Source: an uncultured Verrucomicrobiae bacterium (lineage in GTDB: Bacteria; Verrucomicrobiota; Verrucomicrobiia; Chthoniobacterales; Chthoniobacteraceae). From it: a stretch of DNA of 64,000 nucleotides. Every line of letters begins with the position of its first letter. Position 1 is the stretch's first letter. Shown one piece after another: positions 38,639 through 49,170 of this stretch. The translations under genes and the position numbers were made by a program. The notes under the pieces are model-generated. The model searched no databases and was not told the DNA's origin. It saw nothing but the letters and a program-made list of their open reading frames with translations. The stretch spans positions 76,984-140,983 of the forward strand of contig CAVYKI010000004.1 in the NCBI GenBank assembly GCA_963769025.1, in the 5' to 3' direction.

Positions 38639-41600
38639 TCACTTCTCGCCGTCTTGTCGCTTCCGTTTCCGTGCGAGGAGGCGCTCGGTCGTGGATTGCT
38701 GATCGTCGGCAGCGGCGGGTTCGTCGGGTTTCGGCTGTGGCTTTGAATCGGGATCGGCGGGCCGCGTGACTCCGCCTGCCTTCGCCGGAAGGATGACGGG
38801 CTTCGGTCGCTCGGCGGGCATGGTGGCGGCCTGCACTTCCTTTTTGCGCTGAAGGAGCGCGCCCATCGTCTCAGTCGAACCGGCTTTTCTGCCGAATCCG
38901 AACCAGCCTTTGATCACCTGCCAGTCGAGCTGCACGCGCCGCAACCCGACATCGAGCGGGATGAGGCACGCGAGCGCGATGAGGAACCAGTCGAAGACCG
39001 GCCGCGAGCTTTCGCGCGTCGAGCGTGGCGGATGAAAGAGGTCGATGTCGGAAGGCGACAACACGCGGCCGCCGGTGCGCTCGGCGATTTGTTTCAGCGC
39101 GATCGGGTTGCTTTTGAAGCGCAGGTATTCCGGCGAATACGGCACGGCGAATCCGCCGAACGCCTGCTCGTTGCGCTTCACCGTCTTCTCGCCTGTGCCA
39201 CTGATGCCCACGCCGACGGCGGCGACCTGATACCGGCCTTTTCCCGAGAGCGGAAATTCGCCCTGGTACCGCCGCGGTGCGACTTGCTTCAGCGGCACTT
39301 CGAGCGTCTCGCCGCGCGGACCGCTCACGCGCGCCTTCAGTTCGAGGAAGCTCTCGACCTTTGCGAAATCCTCGACGGTCACGATGCCCTGGCTGCCGGA
39401 CGCAAATGCCGACATCGTGAGATCGCTGCGCTGCTCGACGCGCGACACTTCGGTGGCGAGCTGCTTCACGAATGCGCGGTATTTTTCCCAGCCGACCCAG
39501 TCGCGCGCCCAGTTCGGCGCGAGGTCGCTCGTCCACGCGGCGGTCGTGCCGAGGCCGTAACGCCACGTCGCGAGCACGGGGTCCGGCGAATCGCCCGCGG
39601 CTGTCTCCTGGGCGTCTGGCGGCGCCTTGAGGACGACGCTCGCGCGAGGCTTCGGCGTCGTGAGCACGAAGCCGTGCAACGGCGGCAACGCGTCGATGCC
39701 CTTGAGGATGGGCGAAGGGAATTCGACCTGCGCGCTGAACGTCTTGTTCTGCAGCATCGAGCGCTTCAGCGTCTTCGCCTCCTTAATGAAAATGCTCGGG
39801 AGCTGTGACGGGTCCTGCGGGTAGTAAAAGCGGCCGCCGGTCTTCTGCGCGATGCCTTCCATGAGGTCCACCGTCTGGCCGCCGTGCGGATTGATCGCCA
39901 CGGTGGAGACCGTGATTTTCTCCGCGAGAAACTGATCGAGCAGCGCGGGTTGCGGCGGCGCGGGATCGCCGTCGGAAATGATGATGCAGTGCTTCATCGC
40001 CGCGTCGCTCGCCTTCAGCCCCGTGAACGCCATGGACATGATGTTGTGAAATGCCGGCATGTCCTCAGGGCTCGCGGCGTTGATGAGCGGGATGAGTTTC
40101 GTCTCGAACTGCTTCGCCTTCGTGAGCGGGAACACCCACTGGTCGCCCTTCACGAGTTCGAAATCGAGCAGGCCGACTTCGTCTTCGCCGCCGAGCACGC
40201 GGATGGCTTCCTTCGCGATGCGCTTCGCCCACGTGTTGCCCTCGGCGAACTCGCAGGTGTGCAGGATGATCGCGAGCGCGCCTTTTGGCAGCACCTTCTT
40301 CTGCGTCACGTCCATCGTCACCGGCAGCGCGTCCTCGACGACGCTGCGGTGATAGCCGCCGGGGCCGAATGTCTGGGAACTGCCGAGCATGATGAAACCG
40401 GTGCCCTGATTGTACACCGCATCGTGCAGCGCCTGTAGTTGCACGGCGTCGAAGCCGTCGGCGGGCGCGTTCGGGATGATGATGAGATCGTACGGCAGCA
40501 GCGAGAGCGGGTCGCGCGGGAACTCGTACGCCATGCGCACCTGCACGATGCGCTCGCCCTGCTTGAGCGCGGCGACGAGCGATTCCCAATCGCGCGCATC
40601 GCCGCGGGCGTCGGTGACGACGAGCACCTTGCCCTCGCCTTTCAAAAACAGGTCGCCCATCGCGACATTGTTCTCCGCCCACGAGTCGTCGCCCTTCGCG
40701 GTCTCAATGGTCGCGACGTACTCGTAGTAGCCCGGCCCCCGCTGCGGCAGCGGCAGCGAGAAGCGGTTCTTCCCCGCCTGATACTCGACCTCCCTTTCGA
40801 AGATGTTCTTCCCGTTCTCGGCGAAGCGCAGCTTGCCCTTGCCGGCCTGCAGCGAGGAAAGCAGCACGGTCGCCTCGTAAGTCTCGCCCTGTTTCACCAC
40901 GCGCGGGAGGTCCAGCCGTTCGAGCCAGACCTCCTTTGCAAAATCAAACGCCACCGGCAGCACATCCACCGCGACGCCGCGCGATTTCAATTCATCGAGC
41001 ACGGCCGTGACGTTGCTGTCCGTCTCGTTGCCGTCGGAGATCACCACCACGCGCCCCTGATTCCCCTCCGGCAACATCGCCGCCGCGAGGCTGAGCCCCT
41101 TCGCGAGGTCCGTGCCGTCGCGGTTCACGCGGGAATTGATTGTTTCAAAAGGGAACGACTTTCGCGGCGGCAGTTCCACCGCCGCGTCGCTGCCGAACAC
41201 CACCAGGCCCGCCTCGTCCTTCTCCGGCTTCTGCGCGACGGATTTCAAAATCCACTCCATGGACTTGTCCGAGATTTTCTCGCCCATCGAGTCCGACACA
41301 TCGAGCGCATAGACCATCGAGAGCGTGTCCGACTTGCGCACCGCGCGCGGCTCCGCCAGCAGCGCTGCGAACGTGCCGACGAGCAGCAACCGCGAGATCA
41401 GCGCCGCCTGCGAGCGCCACCCGCTCAGCCCGCTCCAACCTGCAAAGTGCATCCACCAGATCCACGGCGTCGCGAGCATCAGCCAAAACGCCGGCTTCCA
41501 CGTGAACCGCACCAGCCCGCGCAGCTCGCAAACGATCGCTGCGGTCGCGAACACCGCCAGAAACACAAGCAGCGGCAGCAGCGCGAGCAGCGTCACCGGA

Positions 41601-41641
41601 CGTCGTGCGGTCGGGAAGAAACTCTGGAGGACGCGCTTCAT
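38639..41641 (-). CDS. Membrane protein with two vWA domains and a glutamine-amidotransferase-like domain
   Basis: DVSDSM MIDAS, ISDGNE, FGPGGY..LPV, second ISDGD, WRYGLG..AWTSD; N- and C-terminal TMs. Confidence 0.88.
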   Translation of the reverse strand: MKRVLQSFFPTARRPVTLLALLPLLVFLAVFATAAIVCELRGLVRFTWKPAFWLMLATPWIWWMHFAGWSGLSGWRSQAALISRLLLVGTFAALLAEPRAVRKSDTLSMVYALDVSDSMGEKISDKSMEWILKSVAQKPEKDEAGLVVFGSDAAVELPPRKSFPFETINSRVNRDGTDLAKGLSLAAAMLPEGNQGRVVVISDGNETDSNVTAVLDELKSRGVAVDVLPVAFDFAKEVWLERLDLPRVVKQGETYEATVLLSSLQAGKGKLRFAENGKNIFEREVEYQAGKNRFSLPLPQRGPGYYEYVATIETAKGDDSWAENNVAMGDLFLKGEGKVLVVTDARGDARDWESLVAALKQGERIVQVRMAYEFPRDPLSLLPYDLIIIPNAPADGFDAVQLQALHDAVYNQGTGFIMLGSSQTFGPGGYHRSVVEDALPVTMDVTQKKVLPKGALAIILHTCEFAEGNTWAKRIAKEAIRVLGGEDEVGLLDFELVKGDQWVFPLTKAKQFETKLIPLINAASPEDMPAFHNIMSMAFTGLKASDAAMKHCIIISDGDPAPPQPALLDQFLAEKITVSTVAINPHGGQTVDLMEGIAQKTGGRFYYPQDPSQLPSIFIKEAKTLKRSMLQNKTFSAQVEFPSPILKGIDALPPLHGFVLTTPKPRASVVLKAPPDAQETAAGDSPDPVLATWRYGLGTTAAWTSDLAPNWARDWVGWEKYRAFVKQLATEVSRVEQRSDLTMSAFASGSQGIVTVEDFAKVESFLELKARVSGPRGETLEVPLKQVAPRRYQGEFPLSGKGRYQVAAVGVGISGTGEKTVKRNEQAFGGFAVPYSPEYLRFKSNPIALKQIAERTGGRVLSPSDIDLFHPPRSTRESSRPVFDWFLIALACLIPLDVGLRRVQLDWQVIKGWFGFGRKAGSTETMGALLQRKKEVQAATMPAERPKPVILPAKAGGVTRPADPDSKPQPKPDEPAAADDQQSTTERLLARKRKRQDGEK

Positions 41642-41684
41642 CCGTGCAGGAAATCGTCAGCGTCCGGCGATGTGCGGCCCGTGG

Positions 41685-42623
41685 TCACAGTTGCAGGGAT
41701 ACAATGCGGCGGTTCATCGTGTCAGCCACGGTCACGCGCATCCGGGAGTCCATGGTGAGGCCCCAAGGTGTCGCGAATTCCGCGTCGCCCCGTCCGGAAC
41801 TGCCATAGCGGCCGAGCAGCCGGCCCTCGGTCGAGACGCGCGTGAGGCGGCCCGCGCCGTATTCGATGACGTAGAGCGTGCCATCGGGCGCGAGCGTGAT
41901 GTCGTAGGGCAGGTTAAAAGCGGGAGGCTGCGTGCCGCCGAGCGGTCCGATGAATTTCCCCGCGTCGCTGAAGACGAGCACCCGGTTGTTGATGGCGTCG
42001 GCGACGAACACTTTCCCCTCGTGCCAGACGAGCCCGCTCGGTCGCTGGAACTGCGCCTCACCCGTGCCGGGGCCGCCGAATTCGCGCAGCCATTCGCCCT
42101 CGCGCGTGAAGACCTGCACGCGATCGTTGCCGCCGTATTCGCACACGTAGAGATTTTCCGCCGCGTCCTTGCAGATGCCGACCGGGTAGATGAATTCGCC
42201 GCGTCCCTTGCCGTGCGTGCCGAGCGTCTTGAGCACGCGTCCCTGCTGGTCGAACCACACGAGCCGCCGGTAATGCGTGTCGCACACGACGATGCGGTCG
42301 TCCTTCAGCCACACGATGCCCTCCGGTTTCCCAAATCGGACATCGAGCATTTTCCACTGCCGCAGCAGCGTGCCGTTCGCGTCGTAAATGAGCACGCGCC
42401 CCGCGGTGTCCATCACTGCGAGCTGGTCCTGCGGTCCGGCGGTGAGACTGCGGGGCGTCGGCTGCAACGCGCCGTCGGCCGGGAGCATCCACGAGCGCGA
42501 GGATTTGACGGTGATGACGGGTGCCTCGCTGCGCTGCTTGCAGGCGGAGAGCGAGAGCATCGCAAAAAGGACGAGCATTGCGGTGAATGCGAACCGCTGT
42601 GGATGAGTGGGAGCAGTCGTCAC
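41685..42623 (-). CDS. NHL-repeat beta-propeller lipoprotein
   Basis: Lipobox LSAC; repeats GEFIYPVGI, QFQRPSGL, FNLPYDI, EFATPWGL. Confidence 0.88.
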   Translation of the reverse strand: MTTAPTHPQRFAFTAMLVLFAMLSLSACKQRSEAPVITVKSSRSWMLPADGALQPTPRSLTAGPQDQLAVMDTAGRVLIYDANGTLLRQWKMLDVRFGKPEGIVWLKDDRIVVCDTHYRRLVWFDQQGRVLKTLGTHGKGRGEFIYPVGICKDAAENLYVCEYGGNDRVQVFTREGEWLREFGGPGTGEAQFQRPSGLVWHEGKVFVADAINNRVLVFSDAGKFIGPLGGTQPPAFNLPYDITLAPDGTLYVIEYGAGRLTRVSTEGRLLGRYGSSGRGDAEFATPWGLTMDSRMRVTVADTMNRRIVSLQL

Positions 42624-43552
42624 GGGGTTTCGTTTTCTATCCCAAGGTGAATCTGCGCCCCCGCCGGGAGGGGTCCTGGCGGACGATGAATGAACATCCG
42701 GACGGTGCCGTTCGATGCCCGGAGTTCCGTCTCCGCATACGTGCCCAAGAATCGCGAGGACACCACACTGGCACCGGTGTTGGCGGGCGAAATCGTCAGC
42801 CGCTCCGGGCGGATGCAGCGCGCTGCGGGCCACGCCGCGCCGAGCCACGCGGCCGCGTCCGCGGGGGTGATCCAGTTCGCGGGGCCGAGGAAATTCGCGA
42901 GTTCCTCAGAAGCGGGGTGGTCGTAGAGCTGCGAGAGTTTTCCGGTGAAGAGGACCCCGCCATTCCGCAGGCAGATCGCGTGCTCCGTCTCGGCGAGCGC
43001 GATCTCCGCCGAGTGCGTGGCCAGCACGAGCGACGCTCCTGTCCGGGCGACATGCTCCCGGATGGCACGCCAGTATTTTGCAGCGCGCGCGGTGTCCACG
43101 TGGGCCAGCGGCTCGTCCATCACGATCACCGGTGCCTTTTGCGCCAATGCGCGCGCCACGCTGAGGCGCGCCGCTTCGCCGAGGCTGAGGGTCCCTGCGC
43201 GGGCCTCGCCGGCACCCGCGAGATCGAATGCCCCGAGCAGCGCATCGCGTTCCGCTTCCGACGCGCCGACGAGCGTGAGATGTTCGCGGACGGTGTGCGC
43301 GTGCCATAGCCCGTGATCCTGCGGCACCCATGCGAGGCGCGACGGGGCGCGAACCGCGCCACCGTGCGGCTTGTTGAGGCCGGCCAGCACTTCAATGAGC
43401 GAGGTTTTGCCCGCGCCGGACGGTCCCAGCAGCGCGGTGCGTCCGGGCGGGATTGCAAGGTCGATCGGCTCGCGCGGCCAGAGGGTCGGCGGGCCGAAGA
43501 AGCGCACACCGGAAAGTTGCCAGAGGGAATCAGCGGACACGGCGGGCGACAT
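42620..43552 (-). CDS. ABC transporter ATP-binding protein
   Basis: GPSGAGKT, LSLGE, VMDEP, LATH. Confidence 0.88.
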   Translation of the reverse strand: MSPAVSADSLWQLSGVRFFGPPTLWPREPIDLAIPPGRTALLGPSGAGKTSLIEVLAGLNKPHGGAVRAPSRLAWVPQDHGLWHAHTVREHLTLVGASEAERDALLGAFDLAGAGEARAGTLSLGEAARLSVARALAQKAPVIVMDEPLAHVDTARAAKYWRAIREHVARTGASLVLATHSAEIALAETEHAICLRNGGVLFTGKLSQLYDHPASEELANFLGPANWITPADAAAWLGAAWPAARCIRPERLTISPANTGASVVSSRFLGTYAETELRASNGTVRMFIHRPPGPLPAGAQIHLGIENETP

Positions 43553-44855
43553 AGAGGCGCAGCAGGAGGCGGGTCAACCCGAGACACAGCAACGGCGTGG
43601 CGACGGCTACGAAGAGCGTCGCCGAAAGCACCGCGCCCTGCCCGTAGTGCATGAGATTGAAGATGCGCACGAACACCGTCGTGAATTGCGGCGGCGCGAG
43701 CAGCGTGCTCGCCGTGAAGTCGCTGTACGCGACTCCGAAGAGCAGCAGCACCGCGCCCGCCGCCGGTCCGCGCGAGAGAGTCCATTCCGCCGGGCGTGCC
43801 CCGGTGCTGCGCGCGATGTGGAGGGCCGTGCGGTCGGTGCCGGCGGCAAGCAGTGCGCGCAGGAGCAGTGCGAGTGGCAGAAGTTGGAGCACGATGGTGA
43901 GCACCAGCGGGAGCGCAGTGCGGCCAATCGCGCCGGCGTGCTGTGCCGCGGCGGCCACGAGGAGCGCGAGCAGCAGCGGGCCGAGCAATCCGGGAACGGC
44001 GATCAGGATCGCCATTCGCCGGCCCGCAACTGCTGCGAGCAGCCACGCGAGCAGTGCGCAGGTGACCGCGAGCACGAGACTGTTCGTCATCTCGCGGGCG
44101 AGCGTGAGGTTTTGCATCCACGCCGCGAAGCCATCGAACCCCAGCCGCAGGACGAACCACGCGGGCAGGACCACGAAGAGGATCGGCGCGGCGGAGTATT
44201 GGAGCAGCGCCGCCCGTGAGCTGTGCAGGAGCCGACGCTCGCGCACTTTCCTGCGCGGCTGGAGAGCGCGGACGCAAAGGAGCAGGAGCGCGATGACGCC
44301 GAGTTCAACGCAGAGCGCGGGCAGTGCGAGGCGAAGAGATTGGCCGAGCGCGAGCCCGCCGATCTGCGCATCGAAAAGCGCCACGGTCCACGAGCGGATG
44401 CCCCAGCTTGTCGCGAGATCGAATTCCTGGAACGCAAACAGGAACACCACGCCTCCGGCGAGCCACGGCGCTGCGCCGAGCTCGCGCATCCGCCAGCGCC
44501 AGCCGCCGCCGTCGGCCAGCCGCACGCAGTGCGTCGCCGTCGCTCCGGGGCCGGGATTTGCGAACCACAGGGCGAGCGCCGCGATCGGCACGAAGCGCGC
44601 CCAGAGCATCGCGCAGTAGAAGATTTCTCGCGCAGCCGAGCCGCCCGGCCAGCGTGCGACCGTCGGCAACCACCCGTAGCCCGCGAGCATGGCAGGCGTG
44701 AAAAAGACGAGTGCCGTCGCGGCGAATGCGGTTCGGACGGCAAGGGGCGACAGCCCGCGCAGCCATCGGAGCGCAGCGAGTGCGGCAGGTATTGCGAGCA
44801 ATGCGATCACGCACGCGCGCAGCGCCGCAAGGGCAGTGGGGTTCGCGAGAGTCAT
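43530..44855 (-). CDS. ABC transporter permease (FbpB-like, divergent)
   Basis: Polytopic membrane protein with duplicated halves; FTTVFVRIFNLMHYG. Confidence 0.78.
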   Translation of the reverse strand: MTLANPTALAALRACVIALLAIPAALAALRWLRGLSPLAVRTAFAATALVFFTPAMLAGYGWLPTVARWPGGSAAREIFYCAMLWARFVPIAALALWFANPGPGATATHCVRLADGGGWRWRMRELGAAPWLAGGVVFLFAFQEFDLATSWGIRSWTVALFDAQIGGLALGQSLRLALPALCVELGVIALLLLCVRALQPRRKVRERRLLHSSRAALLQYSAAPILFVVLPAWFVLRLGFDGFAAWMQNLTLAREMTNSLVLAVTCALLAWLLAAVAGRRMAILIAVPGLLGPLLLALLVAAAAQHAGAIGRTALPLVLTIVLQLLPLALLLRALLAAGTDRTALHIARSTGARPAEWTLSRGPAAGAVLLLFGVAYSDFTASTLLAPPQFTTVFVRIFNLMHYGQGAVLSATLFVAVATPLLCLGLTRLLLRLYVARRVR

Positions 44856-44898
44856 GCGGTGCCGTCGCGGGACGGGCGGTCCGTCATCGTGCGGAATT

Positions 44899-45912
44899 TC
44901 ATTTCAGGTATTCGCCCTTCAGCCATGCAAGGCATGTATTGCGCGCTTCAAGCAAGCCCGTGAGCGGATAAGCCTGCGCGGCGTGCGCGCGGAGGGCGCG
45001 GACCTCGGCGGGGAGCTGCGATTCGTCCACGGGGCCGAGCGGGATCTGGCGCGACTTCGAGCGCGCGAGGGCGAGCTCGGTCTGCGGCGAGAGGAGGAAG
45101 TCGGCGAGCTTCCTTGCGTCTGCCGCGTGTGGCGCGCCGCGGATGATGGCGACGGTGTTGGGAATGCAGATCGTTTGTCCGCTATCGAGCCGCACGGGAT
45201 GCATCGTCACCGGCTTGCCGTCGTCTTTTGCCTCGAAAAAATCATCCGTGTCGGTGAATGCGGCGTCGCACACGCCCGCGGCCACGGTGTCTTTCGATTG
45301 CGCATTTCCCGGCACTTCGCGCAAGCCGCGTCGGCGTGCGTCGGCGTGCCATTGCTTCAAGCGGGTCGCGCCCCACTCGTGCCACAGCACGGTGTAATGC
45401 GTGAGTGTCGTGCCATAGAGCGGCTTCGCCATCGCGAAGCGGCTGAGGTCGCCTTCGTGCAGGCGGCTGTCGCTCCATGCGGGCGCGTCCTCTTTCTGGA
45501 TGACCACGCGCAGCCGTGCGGCGAAGCCGGTCCAGCGTCCGTCGGGATCGCGGAATTGCGCGGGGATGCGCTGCCAGCCCGTGCCCTTGTGCGGTTCGAG
45601 CAGTCCGCGCGCGGCGAGGTCGAGCGTCCCGAGCAGTTCGTTGTTCCAGAAAATGTCGCAGCGCGGATGCGCGCCCTCGCGGACGATCTGCTCGGTGAGG
45701 CCGAGGGACTTCGTGGCCTCGGTGTCAAACTTTACGACGACCGGGATGCCGCTCTGCCCTTCAAAGTCGCGCAGGATCGCCTCGGCGAAGCCCGCGTCGT
45801 GCGCGCAATAGACAGTGAGCCGGTCACGGTCGAGCGCCTGCCAGACGAGGAAGCCGACGCCGAACAACGCCACAAGAAGGAGATAGCGTTTGGTTTTGCC
45901 GAGGTCCTGCAC
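44899..45912 (-). CDS. ABC transporter substrate-binding protein (Fe3+/FbpA-like)
   Basis: LTVYCAHD, KFDTEATKS, DIFWNNE, GFAARLRV, TDTDD, IPNTVAII. Confidence 0.85.
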   Translation of the reverse strand: MQDLGKTKRYLLLVALFGVGFLVWQALDRDRLTVYCAHDAGFAEAILRDFEGQSGIPVVVKFDTEATKSLGLTEQIVREGAHPRCDIFWNNELLGTLDLAARGLLEPHKGTGWQRIPAQFRDPDGRWTGFAARLRVVIQKEDAPAWSDSRLHEGDLSRFAMAKPLYGTTLTHYTVLWHEWGATRLKQWHADARRRGLREVPGNAQSKDTVAAGVCDAAFTDTDDFFEAKDDGKPVTMHPVRLDSGQTICIPNTVAIIRGAPHAADARKLADFLLSPQTELALARSKSRQIPLGPVDESQLPAEVRALRAHAAQAYPLTGLLEARNTCLAWLKGEYLK

Positions 45913-45997
45913 GCGGGAGCTTTGGCGGAACGGTTGCGGCGCGGCAAGTGCGCGAAGGGCGGCGTCCGACTCGCGGTCCGCGCGGGCACCCCCCCGG

Positions 45998-47638
45998 CTA
46001 CGGCCTTTTCTCCGGGAGCCTGTCGAAGTATTTCTGGATCGCGCCGTGGTATCCGGGCGGCACGCGCTCGTTCCGGATGGCCTCGGCGACGCCCTGTTTC
46101 ACAGCGCGGATCGCGTCGTTGTAGTCGCCGGCCTTCCTGCCAGTTTCACCGACGCCTTCCTCCTTCCATTCCATGAGCAGCTTGCCCGCGCCGAGCTGGA
46201 TTTTGTCCTTCTCCTTCTTGAATTTGGACTCCGCGCTTTCGTCTTCGCCGACCGTGCCGCCCTGTCCGATGCCGGGGTTCGGGCCCGATTTTCCACGTCC
46301 GCCCTGGCCTTTGCCCTGTCCGTCCCCGGTGCCTTCCCCCGCTTCCGCGATGCGGCGCATCGCTTCGTCGTAGAGCTTTTGGTAATCCTGCTGGCTGTTT
46401 GCGCCGGCGTCCTGCGCGTCCTTGCCGTCGAGCTTGCCGAGCTCGTTGAGCTGCTTCGCGGCGGCGAGGTTCTTCAGGGCGTCCTCGAGGTTTTCCATGT
46501 CCTTGAACATCTCTGCCATGCGCTGCGCTTCCTCCTTGCTGAGGTTCAGCGACTCGTTCGCCGCGTCGAGGGCGTCTTTGGAAAGGCCCTTGCCCTTTGC
46601 CATCCCGAGCTGTTCCGCGGCACGGGCGAGCGCTTCGTTCAGCGCCTTGTCGCCGAGCTGTTCGCGGAGCTGATTCGCCATCTGGCCGAGTTCCTTGGCG
46701 AGCTTCTCGAGTTGCTCGTTTTTCTCAGCGCCCTCCGGTTGTTTCGCGATTTGCTCCATCTGCTGGCGCAGCTTTTCCATCGCCTGCTTGAGGCCCTCGG
46801 CGTCGCCTTTTTTTAGCTTGTCGAGCAGTTCCTTCATCGCCTGCCGCTGCTGGGTGTCGCCAAATTGCTGCGCGGCCTTTTCCAGCGCGTCCTTTGGAAT
46901 TTGCGCGGCGGCCTTCTTCCAAAGCTCGCTGAAATCCTGCGCCTCCTCGTTGAGCTTCTTCGCATTCAGCTCGCGCTCCTGCGGTTTCACTTCCTTGAGC
47001 GTCTTGTCGAGTTTTGCGAGCGCCTGATCGACCTGCTCGGAAAGCGTATCGCCTTTCTCCTTCAGCTCCTCCTTGCGAATGGCAGTGATCTTTTTCGTCT
47101 CCGCCAGCCGGGCTTCCTGCTTGGTCACCTCGTTGCGCTTCTCGTCCATCTTGAAAGGATCGAGCCGTGGCAGCCACACAGCGCCTGCGACCAGCACGGT
47201 CAGTGCGAGGGCGATGTTGCGGGCGCCGGGCAGCCAGTTCAGCGGGAAAAGGCGTGGAGCCTGGAGCGTCGCGGCGCGTTCCTCCGCCTGCGAGAGGACG
47301 ATGTCGCGGTACTCGCCGGGCGATTTTTCGATGAGCGCGGCGGTGAGAAAGAGTTCCTTGCTTTGCGCCCGCGCGTCCAACGTCCGGGCAACGAGCGGTG
47401 GTGCGGGCTTGCGCATGAGGATCACGGCCACCGCGAGCGCGAGCGCGGGGACGGCGCAGACCGTGAGCGGCGTGAACCACGCATTCGGCAGCAGCGCGAG
47501 CAGCCGCGCGCAGAGCAGCGCAGCGAACATGAGGGCCGAGAGCGCGAGCGCGGAGACATGGAGCCGGCGGCCAAACGTGGCAGTCTGCATCCGCATGGCG
47601 GCGGAGCGCAGGAGACGGTCGGTGGCGCTGGGAATCAC
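45998..47638 (-). CDS. Membrane-anchored long coiled-coil protein (start uncertain)
   Basis: Three N-terminal TMs, K/E/Q-rich coiled coil, Gly-rich linker, C-terminal VPPGYHGAIQKYF motif. Confidence 0.8.
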   Translation of the reverse strand: MIPSATDRLLRSAAMRMQTATFGRRLHVSALALSALMFAALLCARLLALLPNAWFTPLTVCAVPALALAVAVILMRKPAPPLVARTLDARAQSKELFLTAALIEKSPGEYRDIVLSQAEERAATLQAPRLFPLNWLPGARNIALALTVLVAGAVWLPRLDPFKMDEKRNEVTKQEARLAETKKITAIRKEELKEKGDTLSEQVDQALAKLDKTLKEVKPQERELNAKKLNEEAQDFSELWKKAAAQIPKDALEKAAQQFGDTQQRQAMKELLDKLKKGDAEGLKQAMEKLRQQMEQIAKQPEGAEKNEQLEKLAKELGQMANQLREQLGDKALNEALARAAEQLGMAKGKGLSKDALDAANESLNLSKEEAQRMAEMFKDMENLEDALKNLAAAKQLNELGKLDGKDAQDAGANSQQDYQKLYDEAMRRIAEAGEGTGDGQGKGQGGRGKSGPNPGIGQGGTVGEDESAESKFKKEKDKIQLGAGKLLMEWKEEGVGETGRKAGDYNDAIRAVKQGVAEAIRNERVPPGYHGAIQKYFDRLPEKRP

Positions 47639-47765
47639 AGGCAGAAACCTAGGGCCGCCCGCGTCGGCGGGCAATGTCGCTTTGCCAGCCGTGCAACGCA
47701 TCCTGCGGGGAGGCATTCGACACTTCCTTCTGTCCATGCGCACCGCCGCATTTTAGCTTTTTCTC

Positions 47766-49068
47766 ATGACCGCTCTCTCCCACATCGCGCCCGAAGGGAC
47801 AAATCTTTCCACGACGCAGGCCCGCGAATTCATCGCGAAGGCGTGTCCGCCTGACGAATTCCGCGGGAAGAAAGTGCTGCTGATCGTCCCCGACGCCACG
47901 CGCACGTGCCCGCTGGACGTCATGTTCGCCGGCGTCTTTGACCAGATCGGCGGCGTCACCGCGGCGCTCGATGTGATGATCGCGCTCGGCACGCACCAGC
48001 CGATGAGCGAGGAGGCGATCTGCGAGCGCCTCGGCATCACGCTGGAGGAGCGCCGCTCGATTTTCGGCAGCGTACAGCTTCTTCAACCACGAGTGGGACG
48101 ACGAATCGCGGCGCTGCGGAAAATCGGCAGCATCAGCTGGAGGAAAGCGCGCGAGCTGAGCGGCGGGCTGCTCGAGATGGAAGTGCCGGTCGAAGGTGAA
48201 CGCGCGCGTCTTCGACTACGATCAGCTGCTCATCATCGGCCCGGTGTTTCCGCACGAGGTCGTCGGATTCAGCGGCGGGAACAAATACCTCTTCCCCGGC
48301 GTGAGCGGTCCGGAGGTGCTGAACTTTTTCCACTGGCTCGGCGCGCTCGTGACGAACCCGATGATCATCGGCAACAAGTGGACGCCCGTCCGCAAGGTCG
48401 TGGATCACGTCGCGTCGCTGGTGACGGTGCCGAAGCTCTGCTTCTGCATGGTCGTGCGCCCGGCGATCACGCGCACGGCGGCGGCGCGGCGCTCTTCATC
48501 GGCGACCCGGAGGGCGCGTGGGATGCGGCGAGCGAGCTCTCGAAGCGCGTCCACATCACCTACAAGGATCGCCCGTTTCACACCGTCCTCTCGTGCGCGC
48601 CGAAGATGTACGACGAGATGTGGGTCGGCGGAAAATGCATGTACAAGCTCGAGCCCGTCGTGGCCGACGGCGGCGAACTGATCATCTACGCGCCGCACAT
48701 CCACGAGATCTGTCCGTCACGCACGGGCAGCTACATCCGCGAGATCGGCTACCATTGCCGCGACTATTTCATCGACGCAGTGGGAGCGTTTCGCGCACAT
48801 CCCCGCGGGGTACATCGCCCACAGCACGCACGTCCGCGGCATCGGGACGTATGAGGACGGCGTGGAGAAATGCCGGGTGCAGGTGACGTTCGCGACCGGG
48901 ATTCCGGAGGATGTGTGCAAGGCGATCAACCTCGGCTACCGCGACCCGCGCAGCATCAATCCCGCGGACTACGCGAATCGCGAGGACGAAGGCATCCTCT
49001 ACGTCCCGAAGGCGGGCGAGATGCTCTACCACCTCAAGCAGCGCCCGGCGTGGGCGCGGGAGATGTAG
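47766..49068 (+). CDS. Lactate racemase (LarA)-domain protein, multiple frameshifts
   Basis: IVPDATRT, IALGTH, VFPHEVVGFSGGNK, KLEPVVADGGELIIYAPH across frames. Confidence 0.85.
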
Positions 49069-49170
49069 GTAGGGCGCTTTCGCCGAAAGCGCCCTTTCAG
49101 TGAAGCCGTGGCGACCACGGAATTCTTTTGAGTCAGGCCGTTGTGGGCGCTTTCGGCGAAAGCGCCCTAC
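49069..49170. repeat. GTAG-type REP doublet (family C)
   Basis: GTAG-GGCGCTTTCGCCGAAAGCGCC-C (49069-49094) and exact inverted copy (49145-49170). Confidence 0.9.
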
